A stretch of 64,000 nucleotides of DNA from an uncultured virus (IMG/VR IMGVR_UViG_3300027707_000912) (Duplodnaviria; Heunggongvirae; Uroviricota; Caudoviricetes): IMG/VR virus record IMGVR_UViG_3300027707_000912, one strand, 5' to 3'. Shown piece after piece: positions 28,220 through 37,188 of the stretch. Made by a program: the position numbers and the translations under genes. The notes beneath the pieces are model-generated. The model was not told the origin of the DNA. It saw only the letters and a list, made by a program, of their open reading frames with translations, and did not search any database. Position 1 is the first letter of the stretch; every line of letters begins with the position of its first letter.

Positions 28220-29058
28220 GCGGTAATGCCCTTAAAAAGCTAGGAATTGACTACTTAGAAAACAACCCAACTAAGGGTGTGCTAGTACGTTTATCACCTA
28301 AGCAGTTCTTGCAAGTTAAACAAGACCTACAACCAGTACTTGACGGCATTGGTGATGCAGGCTTCTGGAGAGCAGGCGGCGCAGGCTCGTTTGATCCAGA
28401 ACATAGATATGCTAGCAAAGGTACCACAAAGATCGACTCTGGCGATATTGATATATTCTTAGATACAGATAAGATTAAACAAAAGTTAAACTTAGATCCT
28501 CAAATGGATGACGGTGCTGTTCGTAAAGTAGTAGCACAACAAATGTCACAGCAATATCCAACATTGCAAATAGGTAAGAACGTACACATAGGCTATCCTA
28601 TGGGACAAGACATTCAAGGCTTGCCGGCGTACTTTCAAGTAGACTTGATGACCATGGCTAATGCACACGAAATTGGCCAGCATCACGAGCATGACTACTC
28701 AGTTAAAGATAGCCCATACGGAGGGCAAGATCAGCAGTTTGCACTGAGCAGTTTAGTTAACACGATTCCAGGACATCCTCCCAAGACATTCCAGTACAAC
28801 GGATTTGGCGGTGCTTTACAAGATCGTAGCACAGGTAAAGTAATTACACACAACATTGATAAAGTAGCGGAGATTGTACTGGGCAAAGGCGCAACTGCTG
28901 AAATGTTAGGCAATGTTGAAAGCATGATTCAAGCAGTAGGCGGTATTGATAGCCCTAGATTAGAACAATTCCGTGATGACATGGCTAAAAAGTACCCTCA
29001 TCTTAAGGAAGGTACTGTAGATTGGTTTAAAAACATCCGTCAAAAATTGGCGATTTGA
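28216..29058 (+). CDS. nucleotidyltransferase-fold-like protein
   Basis: GS..DSGDIDI..QVDLM, pol-beta type motif. Confidence 0.5.
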   Translation: MSGNALKKLGIDYLENNPTKGVLVRLSPKQFLQVKQDLQPVLDGIGDAGFWRAGGAGSFDPEHRYASKGTTKIDSGDIDIFLDTDKIKQKLNLDPQMDDGAVRKVVAQQMSQQYPTLQIGKNVHIGYPMGQDIQGLPAYFQVDLMTMANAHEIGQHHEHDYSVKDSPYGGQDQQFALSSLVNTIPGHPPKTFQYNGFGGALQDRSTGKVITHNIDKVAEIVLGKGATAEMLGNVESMIQAVGGIDSPRLEQFRDDMAKKYPHLKEGTVDWFKNIRQKLAI

Positions 29059-29143
29059 ACTAGTTTTTAAACTCAGATACTAAATACATATACAAAGCTC
29101 GCAGAGTGCGAGTATTTGATAAGCATATTCAGAGGAGATTATT

Positions 29144-29557
29144 ATGCCATCATTAGTCGGAAACACAGTAGCCGCAAACTACTTAAAAACAACACCAACC
29201 ACACAATTTGGTACACGCCAACTTAGCGTATTAAACATCGCTATCGCTGATGTATTTGTTGATCACGCATTAGCAAACAGCTTGTTCAGCAAGTCAGTTC
29301 GTGCATTGCAACAAACAGCTGAAGTATGGGCAGTGTTTACGCCAGTAGACGCTGGAACAGACAGCTTCAATGTTATCATTGCAACTGACACACAATACGT
29401 TGGTGATACAGAAACTAGCCGTACAGCAATTCCATCAGGTGGTTTAGCACCAACTGCAAACTTTGGTATTTTAGAAACAGCAATCGCAGCCGGTAACGGT
29501 GGTGTAGCCGCTACAGTTACAGTAGTAGCTGGTTGTGTTGCTCCATTTAGCGGTTAA
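29144..29557 (+). CDS. putative structural protein (likely highly expressed late gene)
   Basis: TAAATA, leader hairpin CTCGCA-gag-TGCGAG, GAGGAG RBS, own terminator; Ala/Thr/Val-rich. Confidence 0.6.
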   Translation: MPSLVGNTVAANYLKTTPTTQFGTRQLSVLNIAIADVFVDHALANSLFSKSVRALQQTAEVWAVFTPVDAGTDSFNVIIATDTQYVGDTETSRTAIPSGGLAPTANFGILETAIAAGNGGVAATVTVVAGCVAPFSG

Positions 29558-29587
29558 TTAGTTTTATTTCTCAGGGATGGGAAGACT

Positions 29588-29614
29588 AAGCCTACTTTCA
29601 CAGTAGGCTTTTTT
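29588..29614 (+). terminator. intrinsic terminator
   Basis: AAGCCTACT-ttcac-AGTAGGCTT-TTTT. Confidence 0.85.
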
Positions 29615-29633
29615 ACGACGGTTAAATACTACC

Positions 29634-30035
29634 ATGGAATACAAATTATACACCCTCGTAGATATTACGCACACTGGACAATACAGACCTGAAGCAGGCA
29701 AAGAACATGCACGTTGGAAGGAACAAAACTTCAACACGGTATTGCAAACACTGGGAATTAGAGCCAACGTAGCATTTGCATACAATCCCGAAGTGCTAGA
29801 AGTCAAGGGCAAAATTATAGGCTTTGACACTGATGAAGTTATTAGAGTATGGCGCTTTGACTTTGGTACAGAACGTGACTTCTTGTTTGAAGCAGACGGC
29901 GACCCAGTTGGCAATTTAAAAGAAGACTTTAACTTGATACCCTATATACAAGGGCTAGACGAGTTAATGGAACAGCACTATGCAGTTTTTGTCACAGGCG
30001 GGCCCGGACGTAATATTGTTTTTGCCAAAAAGTGA
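29634..30035 (+). CDS. hypothetical phage protein
   Basis: TAAATA 5 nt upstream; TLVDIT..QNFNT..Q. Confidence 0.75.
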   Translation: MEYKLYTLVDITHTGQYRPEAGKEHARWKEQNFNTVLQTLGIRANVAFAYNPEVLEVKGKIIGFDTDEVIRVWRFDFGTERDFLFEADGDPVGNLKEDFNLIPYIQGLDELMEQHYAVFVTGGPGRNIVFAKK

Positions 30036-30135
30036 CTAAATAGAGTACTAGGCATAGCATTACCCATTAGGCATTCAATCATACACTAGGCACATGACTC
30101 GGAGCGAGTCCCTGACTTATAACATTGGAGATGCC

Positions 30136-30438
30136 ATGATGGCTACAGTAACAGAGCGAGTAAGCGTACTTGAGACAAAAGTTGATAACTTTAATGAAAA
30201 GTTTGATGATATCCGCCAGGACATCACAACCAATCAAACTTCGTTAGTTGGAACACTTAGAGAGATGCGTGATGCATCAACTAATCAGCATGCCGAGATG
30301 GCAGAGAAGATTAAAGATCTACAGCAGATCAAAGACAAGTGGATGAAATACGGAATGATAGCATTAGCATTTGCCGCTGGTGCAGGATGGATTGGTAATC
30401 CTAGTATGGCAACACTTTTAAAATTTGTCGGTTTATAA
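30136..30438 (+). CDS. coiled-coil plus C-terminal TM protein (XhlA/holin-like architecture)
   Basis: ERVSVLETKV coiled coil; terminal hydrophobic helix; GGAG RBS. Confidence 0.55.
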   Translation: MMATVTERVSVLETKVDNFNEKFDDIRQDITTNQTSLVGTLREMRDASTNQHAEMAEKIKDLQQIKDKWMKYGMIALAFAAGAGWIGNPSMATLLKFVGL

Positions 30439-30456
30439 TCTGTTAAATAATGACAA

Positions 30457-31170
30457 ATGCAGATCATAGAATTCGAAGAATCAATCAACCCAGTCGTATA
30501 CCACGACAATCTTAACCCAAAAATCTGGGAAAACAATAAACTAATAATCGAAGTACGCTATAAGCTCATGGCAATAGCCATGCACTTTGCCAAGTTCCTT
30601 AATGTACCTAAGTTGAACTTGAGAGATATTACCATTAGCGGAAGTAATGCGGCCTACGGGTACGCTGAAAGCAGTGACTTAGATCTACACCTTGTTGTAG
30701 ATATGCCGCGCAACCAAGTTGCACTGGGCGAGTTGTACTCTGCTAAGAAAAACGAATATAACTTCACACACGACATTAAGATCAAAGGCATTGATGTTGA
30801 GTTGTATGTACAAGACGTACAGCAACCGCATCGTTCAGCTGGAATCTATAGTTTACTAAATGATAAGTGGTTAAGTAAACCAAAACATCAACCTCCTACA
30901 ATTAGAGATGCAGATGTTACTAAAAAAGCTAGAAACTATGCTAGCAGAATTAACCAAGCGATGCGCTCAAATGACTTAAATACTTGTAAGGAAACTATGT
31001 CTGAAATTAGACGCTTACGACAAGCTGGCTTAGAACAAGGCGGTGAGTATAGTGTAGAAAATCTAGCATTTAAACTGTTACGTGCTAGAGGTAAAATTGA
31101 TAAGTTCAGACGTTACATAAACAAATTACAAAGTGCTGAATTAAGCCTTGGAGAATATAATGAAAGTTAA
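30457..31170 (+). CDS. nucleotidyltransferase (pol-beta superfamily)
   Basis: SGSNA..SDLDLH..DVELY; MQIIEFEE leader. Confidence 0.8.
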   Translation: MQIIEFEESINPVVYHDNLNPKIWENNKLIIEVRYKLMAIAMHFAKFLNVPKLNLRDITISGSNAAYGYAESSDLDLHLVVDMPRNQVALGELYSAKKNEYNFTHDIKIKGIDVELYVQDVQQPHRSAGIYSLLNDKWLSKPKHQPPTIRDADVTKKARNYASRINQAMRSNDLNTCKETMSEIRRLRQAGLEQGGEYSVENLAFKLLRARGKIDKFRRYINKLQSAELSLGEYNES

Positions 31171-31927
31171 ACAAATTGTTAAACCTTTAGTACCAGGAAA
31201 AACAATGCCAGTGCCAGAAGAAATGCCTTCTACTACCGGCAATGACCAAGAAGGTACTATTGTAGCAAGTGACGACAAAAGTATTACGGTTCAAATGCCA
31301 GACGGCACACAAATCAAGAAAGACTTGCTTGGTGCTATTACACAAGATGCCCAAGGCAACGATGTGTTTAACATGACAACACAGCCGGGCAGTCCAACAA
31401 ATCCAACTACACAACAAACACCTCAACAACGTCTAGCCGCTGGTACAAAGATTGCAATAAGTAATCAAGCCCCACAACAGACTATGGGAGCTCCTGCAAG
31501 ACCAATGGCGGAAGAATTAGAACCATCTAACAGTTCAAATACAGTTAATGCAATCAAAAAAGGTGCGCAACTATTTGCATCGGATGGCGACCCTATTGAA
31601 ATCACCAGCACTAGAAAAGAAGTTGATCAGGCATACATTGCAGATCCGGCTAATGCAGGTAACAGAATGGGTTATGTTGTTTTTAAAGGCAAAAAATATC
31701 TAGCATTAAACACTGGACACAAATGGAAAATTGGGCCAAACGCATTTGCTGAAATCACAGGCATAATGCATCTGCCTGCAACAAGAAATCCTGCTCCAAG
31801 TTTTGACAGCAGGAGCCAACCGTTACCACAGCCAAACCAACGCATGAAACCATCTGAGATACACAAGTTAGAAGAATCAGATAATGCACTGTTAGACAAG
31901 ATGCTAACTATTGCAGGCCTAAGATGA
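31160..31927 (+). CDS. putative virion protein
   Basis: Pro/Gln/Thr-rich; C-terminal LDKMLTIAGLR. Confidence 0.6.
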   Translation: MKVKQIVKPLVPGKTMPVPEEMPSTTGNDQEGTIVASDDKSITVQMPDGTQIKKDLLGAITQDAQGNDVFNMTTQPGSPTNPTTQQTPQQRLAAGTKIAISNQAPQQTMGAPARPMAEELEPSNSSNTVNAIKKGAQLFASDGDPIEITSTRKEVDQAYIADPANAGNRMGYVVFKGKKYLALNTGHKWKIGPNAFAEITGIMHLPATRNPAPSFDSRSQPLPQPNQRMKPSEIHKLEESDNALLDKMLTIAGLR

Positions 31928-32127
31928 AAATAAACGAATTAATTAACGATTTTACAGTTTGGACTACTAACGAAGAAGCAGAACTACTAAAGAAGTTAAA
32001 GACTCCCATCAAACTTAGTCAGCTCGATGAACACGATCAGTTCAGAGTTGAGGCCATGATCCGCAAAAGTTTGGTAACTAAAGTAGGGATGGATAATCCT
32101 ACGGTAGTTGCAAATGAAAAAATTTAA
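31924..32127 (+). CDS. hypothetical protein
   Basis: MKINEL leader. Confidence 0.7.
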   Translation: MKINELINDFTVWTTNEEAELLKKLKTPIKLSQLDEHDQFRVEAMIRKSLVTKVGMDNPTVVANEKI

Positions 32128-32572
32128 TAAAAAATCAAACAAAAAACAAGTAGTAAAAGAGCTAGCTGAACACTTTCAGACTGAGCTTGACCGCAAGTTA
32201 CCTATAACTGTATTGCCAGGCGGCGCCGCAGTTTATAAGAACTATCTAATTAAACAAAATAGTGCCGGTATCTGGTGTATGTACAATTATAGAAATCAAA
32301 CACTAATTGAACAATACTTCCTTAAAACCTGTGCCCTAATGGCCGCTAAAGCATACAGTACAACTAGCTTAGACAAGTTTTTTGAAATCAAACGTTTAGA
32401 CAATAGGTACTGGTCTAACTACTGCGATAATCAAGTATATCGTAATAACATTAAAACTGCAAAAGAATTTGACCGATATGTGATCTTGTTAAATAAACTA
32501 GAAGACAGCGAGCAAAAGACCCAATATTACAAAGAAACAATTTCACGTATGTTTAAGTGGTCGTTCGTATAA
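32114..32572 (+). CDS. hypothetical protein
   Basis: ORF; start approximate. Confidence 0.7.
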   Translation: MKKFNKKSNKKQVVKELAEHFQTELDRKLPITVLPGGAAVYKNYLIKQNSAGIWCMYNYRNQTLIEQYFLKTCALMAAKAYSTTSLDKFFEIKRLDNRYWSNYCDNQVYRNNIKTAKEFDRYVILLNKLEDSEQKTQYYKETISRMFKWSFV

Positions 32573-32613
32573 TGAAAAGTATAAATACACTATAAGATTT
32601 CTAGGAATAGATC

Positions 32614-33627
32614 ATGCAAATTAGAGAATTGTCAAAACCCATTACAAGCAAACAGCTTAACGAAAGCCTAGCACAGAAGTTTGGCTATAAGATTAACTTT
32701 GAGCAGTTTAGCGATGTACAATTAGAAGACGCACGTAACAAGTTGCGCACACGTTTAAGTCAAATGGAACTATCAGAAAGCTATGAATCTGTTCTTGAAA
32801 GCGCACAATATCAAAAAACACGTTTGATGCTAGATTGCATCAACCAAGCTATCCTAGAGCGTGATCAATTAGCAGAAAGCACTTGTTCAGAGTGTGATTG
32901 TAGCCCATGTGAATGCGACGAAGAGGAAGATAAAGAAGAAAAGCCTATGAAAACTAAAGCAAAAACAAACGAAAGCAACAACATCACAGCATTTATCCGT
33001 CACCGTGCTCGAAAGTCGGCAGTGCCAGATAGCTGGATTGACTCAGCACTTAGCAGAATGAGATTAGGCGAATCAGATACAGAAGAACTTAAGGCAGAAC
33101 TGTCATTACGTTATGACCTAAATGAAGCACAAGCAAGTTGGATCCTACTAGAAGGCGAAGAAACTAAAGCTGAAACTATTATGGCTACTAAAGATATGGT
33201 AGACCGTATTACAGGCTGGCTAGAAGATGTTGCGGCTATGAAAGCAGAACAGCTACTAGAACTATTAGACTCTATAAGAGAAACCCAAGGCAGTGACGTT
33301 GCACAACGTTACCAAGATTCAGTTAAGCCGGCTCTAGAGGCAATTTATACATCATTAGAAACAAGTCGTCAAGGCTTGTCAAGCGCATTAGCAATTGTAT
33401 CAGGTGGTGAGGCTCCTACAATGGGCACACCAGCAGGCGGAATGGGCGGGTTGCCAGGCGAAGAACCAGCAGGCGGACTACCAGAACTACCAATGCCACC
33501 AGCACCAGGCGGTGAGCCAGGCATGGACGAAGAAACACCAATGTCGGCAGAAGCAGGCAGAGAAAAGCGTGAGTCGGTAGACTACAGCCGTCGTTTAGGC
33601 ATGTTACTCAACTCAAAAAAAAAGTAA
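32614..33627 (+). CDS. acidic helical putative prohead core/scaffold-like protein
   Basis: TATAAATA upstream; Glu-rich; ends in A_AAA_AAG TAA. Confidence 0.55.
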   Translation: MQIRELSKPITSKQLNESLAQKFGYKINFEQFSDVQLEDARNKLRTRLSQMELSESYESVLESAQYQKTRLMLDCINQAILERDQLAESTCSECDCSPCECDEEEDKEEKPMKTKAKTNESNNITAFIRHRARKSAVPDSWIDSALSRMRLGESDTEELKAELSLRYDLNEAQASWILLEGEETKAETIMATKDMVDRITGWLEDVAAMKAEQLLELLDSIRETQGSDVAQRYQDSVKPALEAIYTSLETSRQGLSSALAIVSGGEAPTMGTPAGGMGGLPGEEPAGGLPELPMPPAPGGEPGMDEETPMSAEAGREKRESVDYSRRLGMLLNSKKK

Positions 33628-33956
33628 TAGAAACAATTGAACCGTTAGATAGGCTCCTTTTTACAACACAAAGCGCAGCCGATAATCAAGGTACCGCATC
33701 ACAACTGACTTGGGTTGCCCTTAGAAATATGGGCATCCCAATTTCTTATAGAACGTTTGCTCGTCGATGGGAACAAGAAGCAAGTCTTCCGCCCGAGCAA
33801 CAAACATTGCACAATAAAGTAGACAAGTTTGACGGTGTTGGCTTAACGCTCAAGACAGATGCTAACACGGATGAACCTGTCCAACAGCAAGATGCTGGCC
33901 AAAGTGAAGTTAGCAAAATGGCTATGAGTGCTACTAAGCGTGGTGATTTGGCTTAA
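33618..33956 (+). CDS. putative -1 frameshift extension of the 32614 gene (track ORF 33729..33956)
   Basis: -1 frame open 33573-33956 with no ATG/GTG/TTG before 33729. Confidence 0.6.
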   Translation, partial: KKVIETIEPLDRLLFTTQSAADNQGTASQLTWVALRNMGIPISYRTFARRWEQEASLPPEQQTLHNKVDKFDGVGLTLKTDANTDEPVQQQDAGQSEVSKMAMSATKRGDLA

Positions 33957-33963
33957 TAACTAA

Positions 33964-33992
33964 TTGACACATAGGGCTATTTGTAGTAAAAT
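33964..33992 (+). promoter_or_regulatory. sigma70-type promoter (likely leaderless)
   Basis: TTGACA-17nt-TAAAAT, ATG 6 nt downstream. Confidence 0.8.
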
Positions 33993-33998
33993 AGTCCT

Positions 33999-34715
33999 AT
34001 GACCTTACTCAAAGAACGATATGACTACACTCCCTTAAACAGGGAAAGCGTAGAAGGCAAGCGTTTATACGCCACGCCAGACGGAGGTAAACTACCATCC
34101 GTTACAACAATCCTAGACAAAACTAAACCAGCAGAAAAAGTTGCCGCACTACAAGCATGGCGCAGAGCTGTGGGTGAAAAGAAAGCCACTGAGATTGTTA
34201 CAGAAGCCGCAAGCCGTGGCACACGTATGCACAAGTATTTAGAAGACTACATTGTGCAAGGTACGCTTAATGATCCGGGATCAAACCCATATAGTGTGCA
34301 AAGCCACAAAATGGCCAAACATATTATTGAACACGGGCTTAAGAATGTTGATGAAGTATGGGGAGTAGAAGTTGGACTTTACTATCCCGGTCTATATGCA
34401 GGAACTACTGATTGTGTTGGACTTCATTTGAATGAAGGCGCAATCATGGACCATAAGCAAACCAACAAGCCTAAAAAGCATGAGTGGATTGAAGACTACT
34501 ACTTGCAAATGGTCGCTTATGCACTTGCGCACAATAAAGTACACGGAACTAATATACAAAAAGGTGTAGTGTTTATGTGTGTAAAACCACCAGAAATTAC
34601 GCCCATGATATGGGGAGATCCTGCTTATCAAGAGTTTATCCTTACTCCGGACATGTTTGGGCATTGGGAAAAGCAATGGTGGAACAGAGTGGAACAGTAC
34701 TACCGAGAAAACTGA
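33999..34715 (+). CDS. PD-(D/E)XK exonuclease (MGME1/Cas4-like)
   Basis: LPSVTTIL, RGTRMH, AGTTDC, IMDHK, Q..AYA. Confidence 0.88.
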   Translation: MTLLKERYDYTPLNRESVEGKRLYATPDGGKLPSVTTILDKTKPAEKVAALQAWRRAVGEKKATEIVTEAASRGTRMHKYLEDYIVQGTLNDPGSNPYSVQSHKMAKHIIEHGLKNVDEVWGVEVGLYYPGLYAGTTDCVGLHLNEGAIMDHKQTNKPKKHEWIEDYYLQMVAYALAHNKVHGTNIQKGVVFMCVKPPEITPMIWGDPAYQEFILTPDMFGHWEKQWWNRVEQYYREN

Positions 34716-34741
34716 TAAATATCCCATAAGAGGATATTATT

Positions 34742-36958
34742 ATGGCCGTAGTGCAAATTAGCCGTATTCAAGTACGTAGAGGAAAATCGCTTGGTGGTAC
34801 AGGTTTACCGCAACTTGCGTCTGGTGAACTAGCTTGGTCTCTAGACACCCAAGAACTATACATTGGTAACGGCTCAGTTGCGGAAGGTAGCCCGGCTGTT
34901 GGTAATACTAAAATACTAACAGAACGAGATCTTACTGTTAGAGGTAATTTACTCAACCTACTATACCACATTTATAAAACCAATGACCCTGCTATTTCAA
35001 CAGGGCCAACACGTAATGATCCGGTTAGTCGTTCAACACAAGATCGTTTAGATGATCGAGTTACTGCCGCTGACTTTGGTTCAAAAGCAGATGGTGCAGT
35101 AGATGATACTGCGGCACTACAGCGAGCTATAGACCAATTGTTTTTAAACCCAACTAGTCCATCTAGTATTAACACAGCAGACGGTACCAGTACTCGAGTA
35201 GTATTAGAGTTAGGGCCCGGCATTTACAAAACTACTGAAACATTGTACATTCCTAGTTATGCAACTATTGTTGGCTCTGGTCCGGACAAAACTATTATTA
35301 GTTACACGGGTGTTGGCCCAGCAATACAATTTGTAAACGACTTATCAACTATTGGCAGTCCTAGTTCCATTGACAATACTCTTGGTAATACGCAACCTAG
35401 AAAGATTGTGTTTAGTGGATTAACAGTTTATTCAGATACATACAATCAAACAGGTTTGCAGTTAGATGCAGTTAGAGACAGCCAGTTTACAGACCTTATC
35501 ATTGCAGGCAACTGGAATGGTGTTGGCAATGCTGACAGTAAAGCTATTAGCCTTAATGCAATTTCGGCACTAGTTACCTGTAGTGACAACTTGTTTAGTA
35601 ATGTTGTTATCTCTGGATTTAGTTATGCAGTATGGGCACAACAAGACATTACTAACAACACATTCCAAGACATGGCTGTAACAGATTGTCGCCAAGGATT
35701 TGTATTTGGTGAAAATACAGACGGAACAACTCCCGGACAACAATATGGTCCAAGATACACACAAATCTCTAGAGCTAAGTTTAATAACATTAAACAACAT
35801 GCCTTAATTATTCATCGCGGTAACAACAACACTATCCGTGATTGGAAACTAGTTGACGTTGGTAACAATGGTTCAGGAGTGTACTTTCCAGAATACCCGC
35901 AAATTTACTTTGGTGAAGTTGGCAATGCATGTTTGAATGTGCAATCTGATAGAGAAGAAACACTATCGTCAAATTCATTTACAGTTAACCTTACATTGAG
36001 TCAACCAATCACTGCATTTAAAAATGATAAGATTAAACAAACCACAACCAATGTACAAGGTACATTGAAACAAAACTATACATCAGCTTCAAACATTACA
36101 ATTGTTACTCGTTACACAACACCATTTAATAACTTTAGTAATTTGTCAATTGATCCAGTAAGTACAGTTGGCATTGACTTTAATGCCACTCCCGGTAACT
36201 TAACAACGATTGCTATCACATCAGCAACTACTACTGAGTTTATTACCTCTGACTCAACTGATGACTTGTTGGTTGGAACTGCTATTCAATTTACCGGTTC
36301 AATTGGCGGGATCACTGCTGGCACAACATACTATGTACAAAGCATTAGTGGTAGTACAAACTTTTCAATTGCCAATACGCTAGGCGGCGCCCGTAGAAAT
36401 TTAACAGCATCGTCTGGAACATCAATTGCATCCTTTAATCCAACTACCCACCCAACTGCGGTAAGTGAACTAGTGCTAATTCCATACATTCCAGAAGTGT
36501 CTGGCTATGGTACATATACGTCATATGCTACTCGTCAAATACAAGTTGGCTACATTACTAGTCCGTCACTGTTGTTCACACTACCAGTATCAACCGGAGC
36601 ATCCGGCACGCCTACTAGAACTATCAGTTATAAAATTGAATACGTGTATCGAAGCACAAATAACAATTTTAGTAGAAGAGGCCAAATAACACTAGTAGTT
36701 GATATAGATGCAAGTATAGCGGCCAATGCAACCAAAGCTCAATTAACAGACGAATACAATGTGACTGGTATTAGCGATGAGAACGCATTGAAGCTTGATA
36801 TCTCTGCGGTGCTGTTGAATGAAGTTGGGAACCCATTAGGCGGTGTTGGCGATATTCCAACAAGCATTGCTATCCAATATTCAAATACATTAACAACCCC
36901 AGCTGTATCAAATTCAGACTCGGGTGTATTTTCATACTCATATATTGCTAACTTTTAA
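34742..36958 (+). CDS. tail fibre/baseplate-associated protein with pectate-lyase-like beta-helix
   Basis: N-terminal RIQVRRG..LASGEL; DFG..DG..DDTAALQRAI; GIYK. Confidence 0.75.
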   Translation: MAVVQISRIQVRRGKSLGGTGLPQLASGELAWSLDTQELYIGNGSVAEGSPAVGNTKILTERDLTVRGNLLNLLYHIYKTNDPAISTGPTRNDPVSRSTQDRLDDRVTAADFGSKADGAVDDTAALQRAIDQLFLNPTSPSSINTADGTSTRVVLELGPGIYKTTETLYIPSYATIVGSGPDKTIISYTGVGPAIQFVNDLSTIGSPSSIDNTLGNTQPRKIVFSGLTVYSDTYNQTGLQLDAVRDSQFTDLIIAGNWNGVGNADSKAISLNAISALVTCSDNLFSNVVISGFSYAVWAQQDITNNTFQDMAVTDCRQGFVFGENTDGTTPGQQYGPRYTQISRAKFNNIKQHALIIHRGNNNTIRDWKLVDVGNNGSGVYFPEYPQIYFGEVGNACLNVQSDREETLSSNSFTVNLTLSQPITAFKNDKIKQTTTNVQGTLKQNYTSASNITIVTRYTTPFNNFSNLSIDPVSTVGIDFNATPGNLTTIAITSATTTEFITSDSTDDLLVGTAIQFTGSIGGITAGTTYYVQSISGSTNFSIANTLGGARRNLTASSGTSIASFNPTTHPTAVSELVLIPYIPEVSGYGTYTSYATRQIQVGYITSPSLLFTLPVSTGASGTPTRTISYKIEYVYRSTNNNFSRRGQITLVVDIDASIAANATKAQLTDEYNVTGISDENALKLDISAVLLNEVGNPLGGVGDIPTSIAIQYSNTLTTPAVSNSDSGVFSYSYIANF

Positions 36959-36988
36959 AATTGGCAGTATTATTATTGCTCAAGTCAT

Positions 36989-37017
36989 TTGACTTATTTG
37001 ATAACTGCGCATATAAT
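36989..37017 (+). promoter_or_regulatory. sigma70-type promoter for nrd cluster
   Basis: TTGACT-17nt-TATAAT. Confidence 0.8.
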
Positions 37018-37188
37018 TTAATATGCTACCGTGATAAGATTTTCGCCACTATAAAACCAATCGATTACTACGCGAAATCGACGCCGCAGACGTTGAGTGC
37101 CAGGATGTTTTCAACGATTGAGTAGTGGTACTAAATACTTCCTAGACAATAGTAGTACAGCCATTTATAATAAAGAGCGACACATGAG

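Noticed and set aside
33999..34715. Cas4-like nuclease as evidence of a CRISPR-Cas locus
   Set aside because: No other cas genes or array, and no four-Cys Fe-S motif; a stand-alone phage exonuclease.
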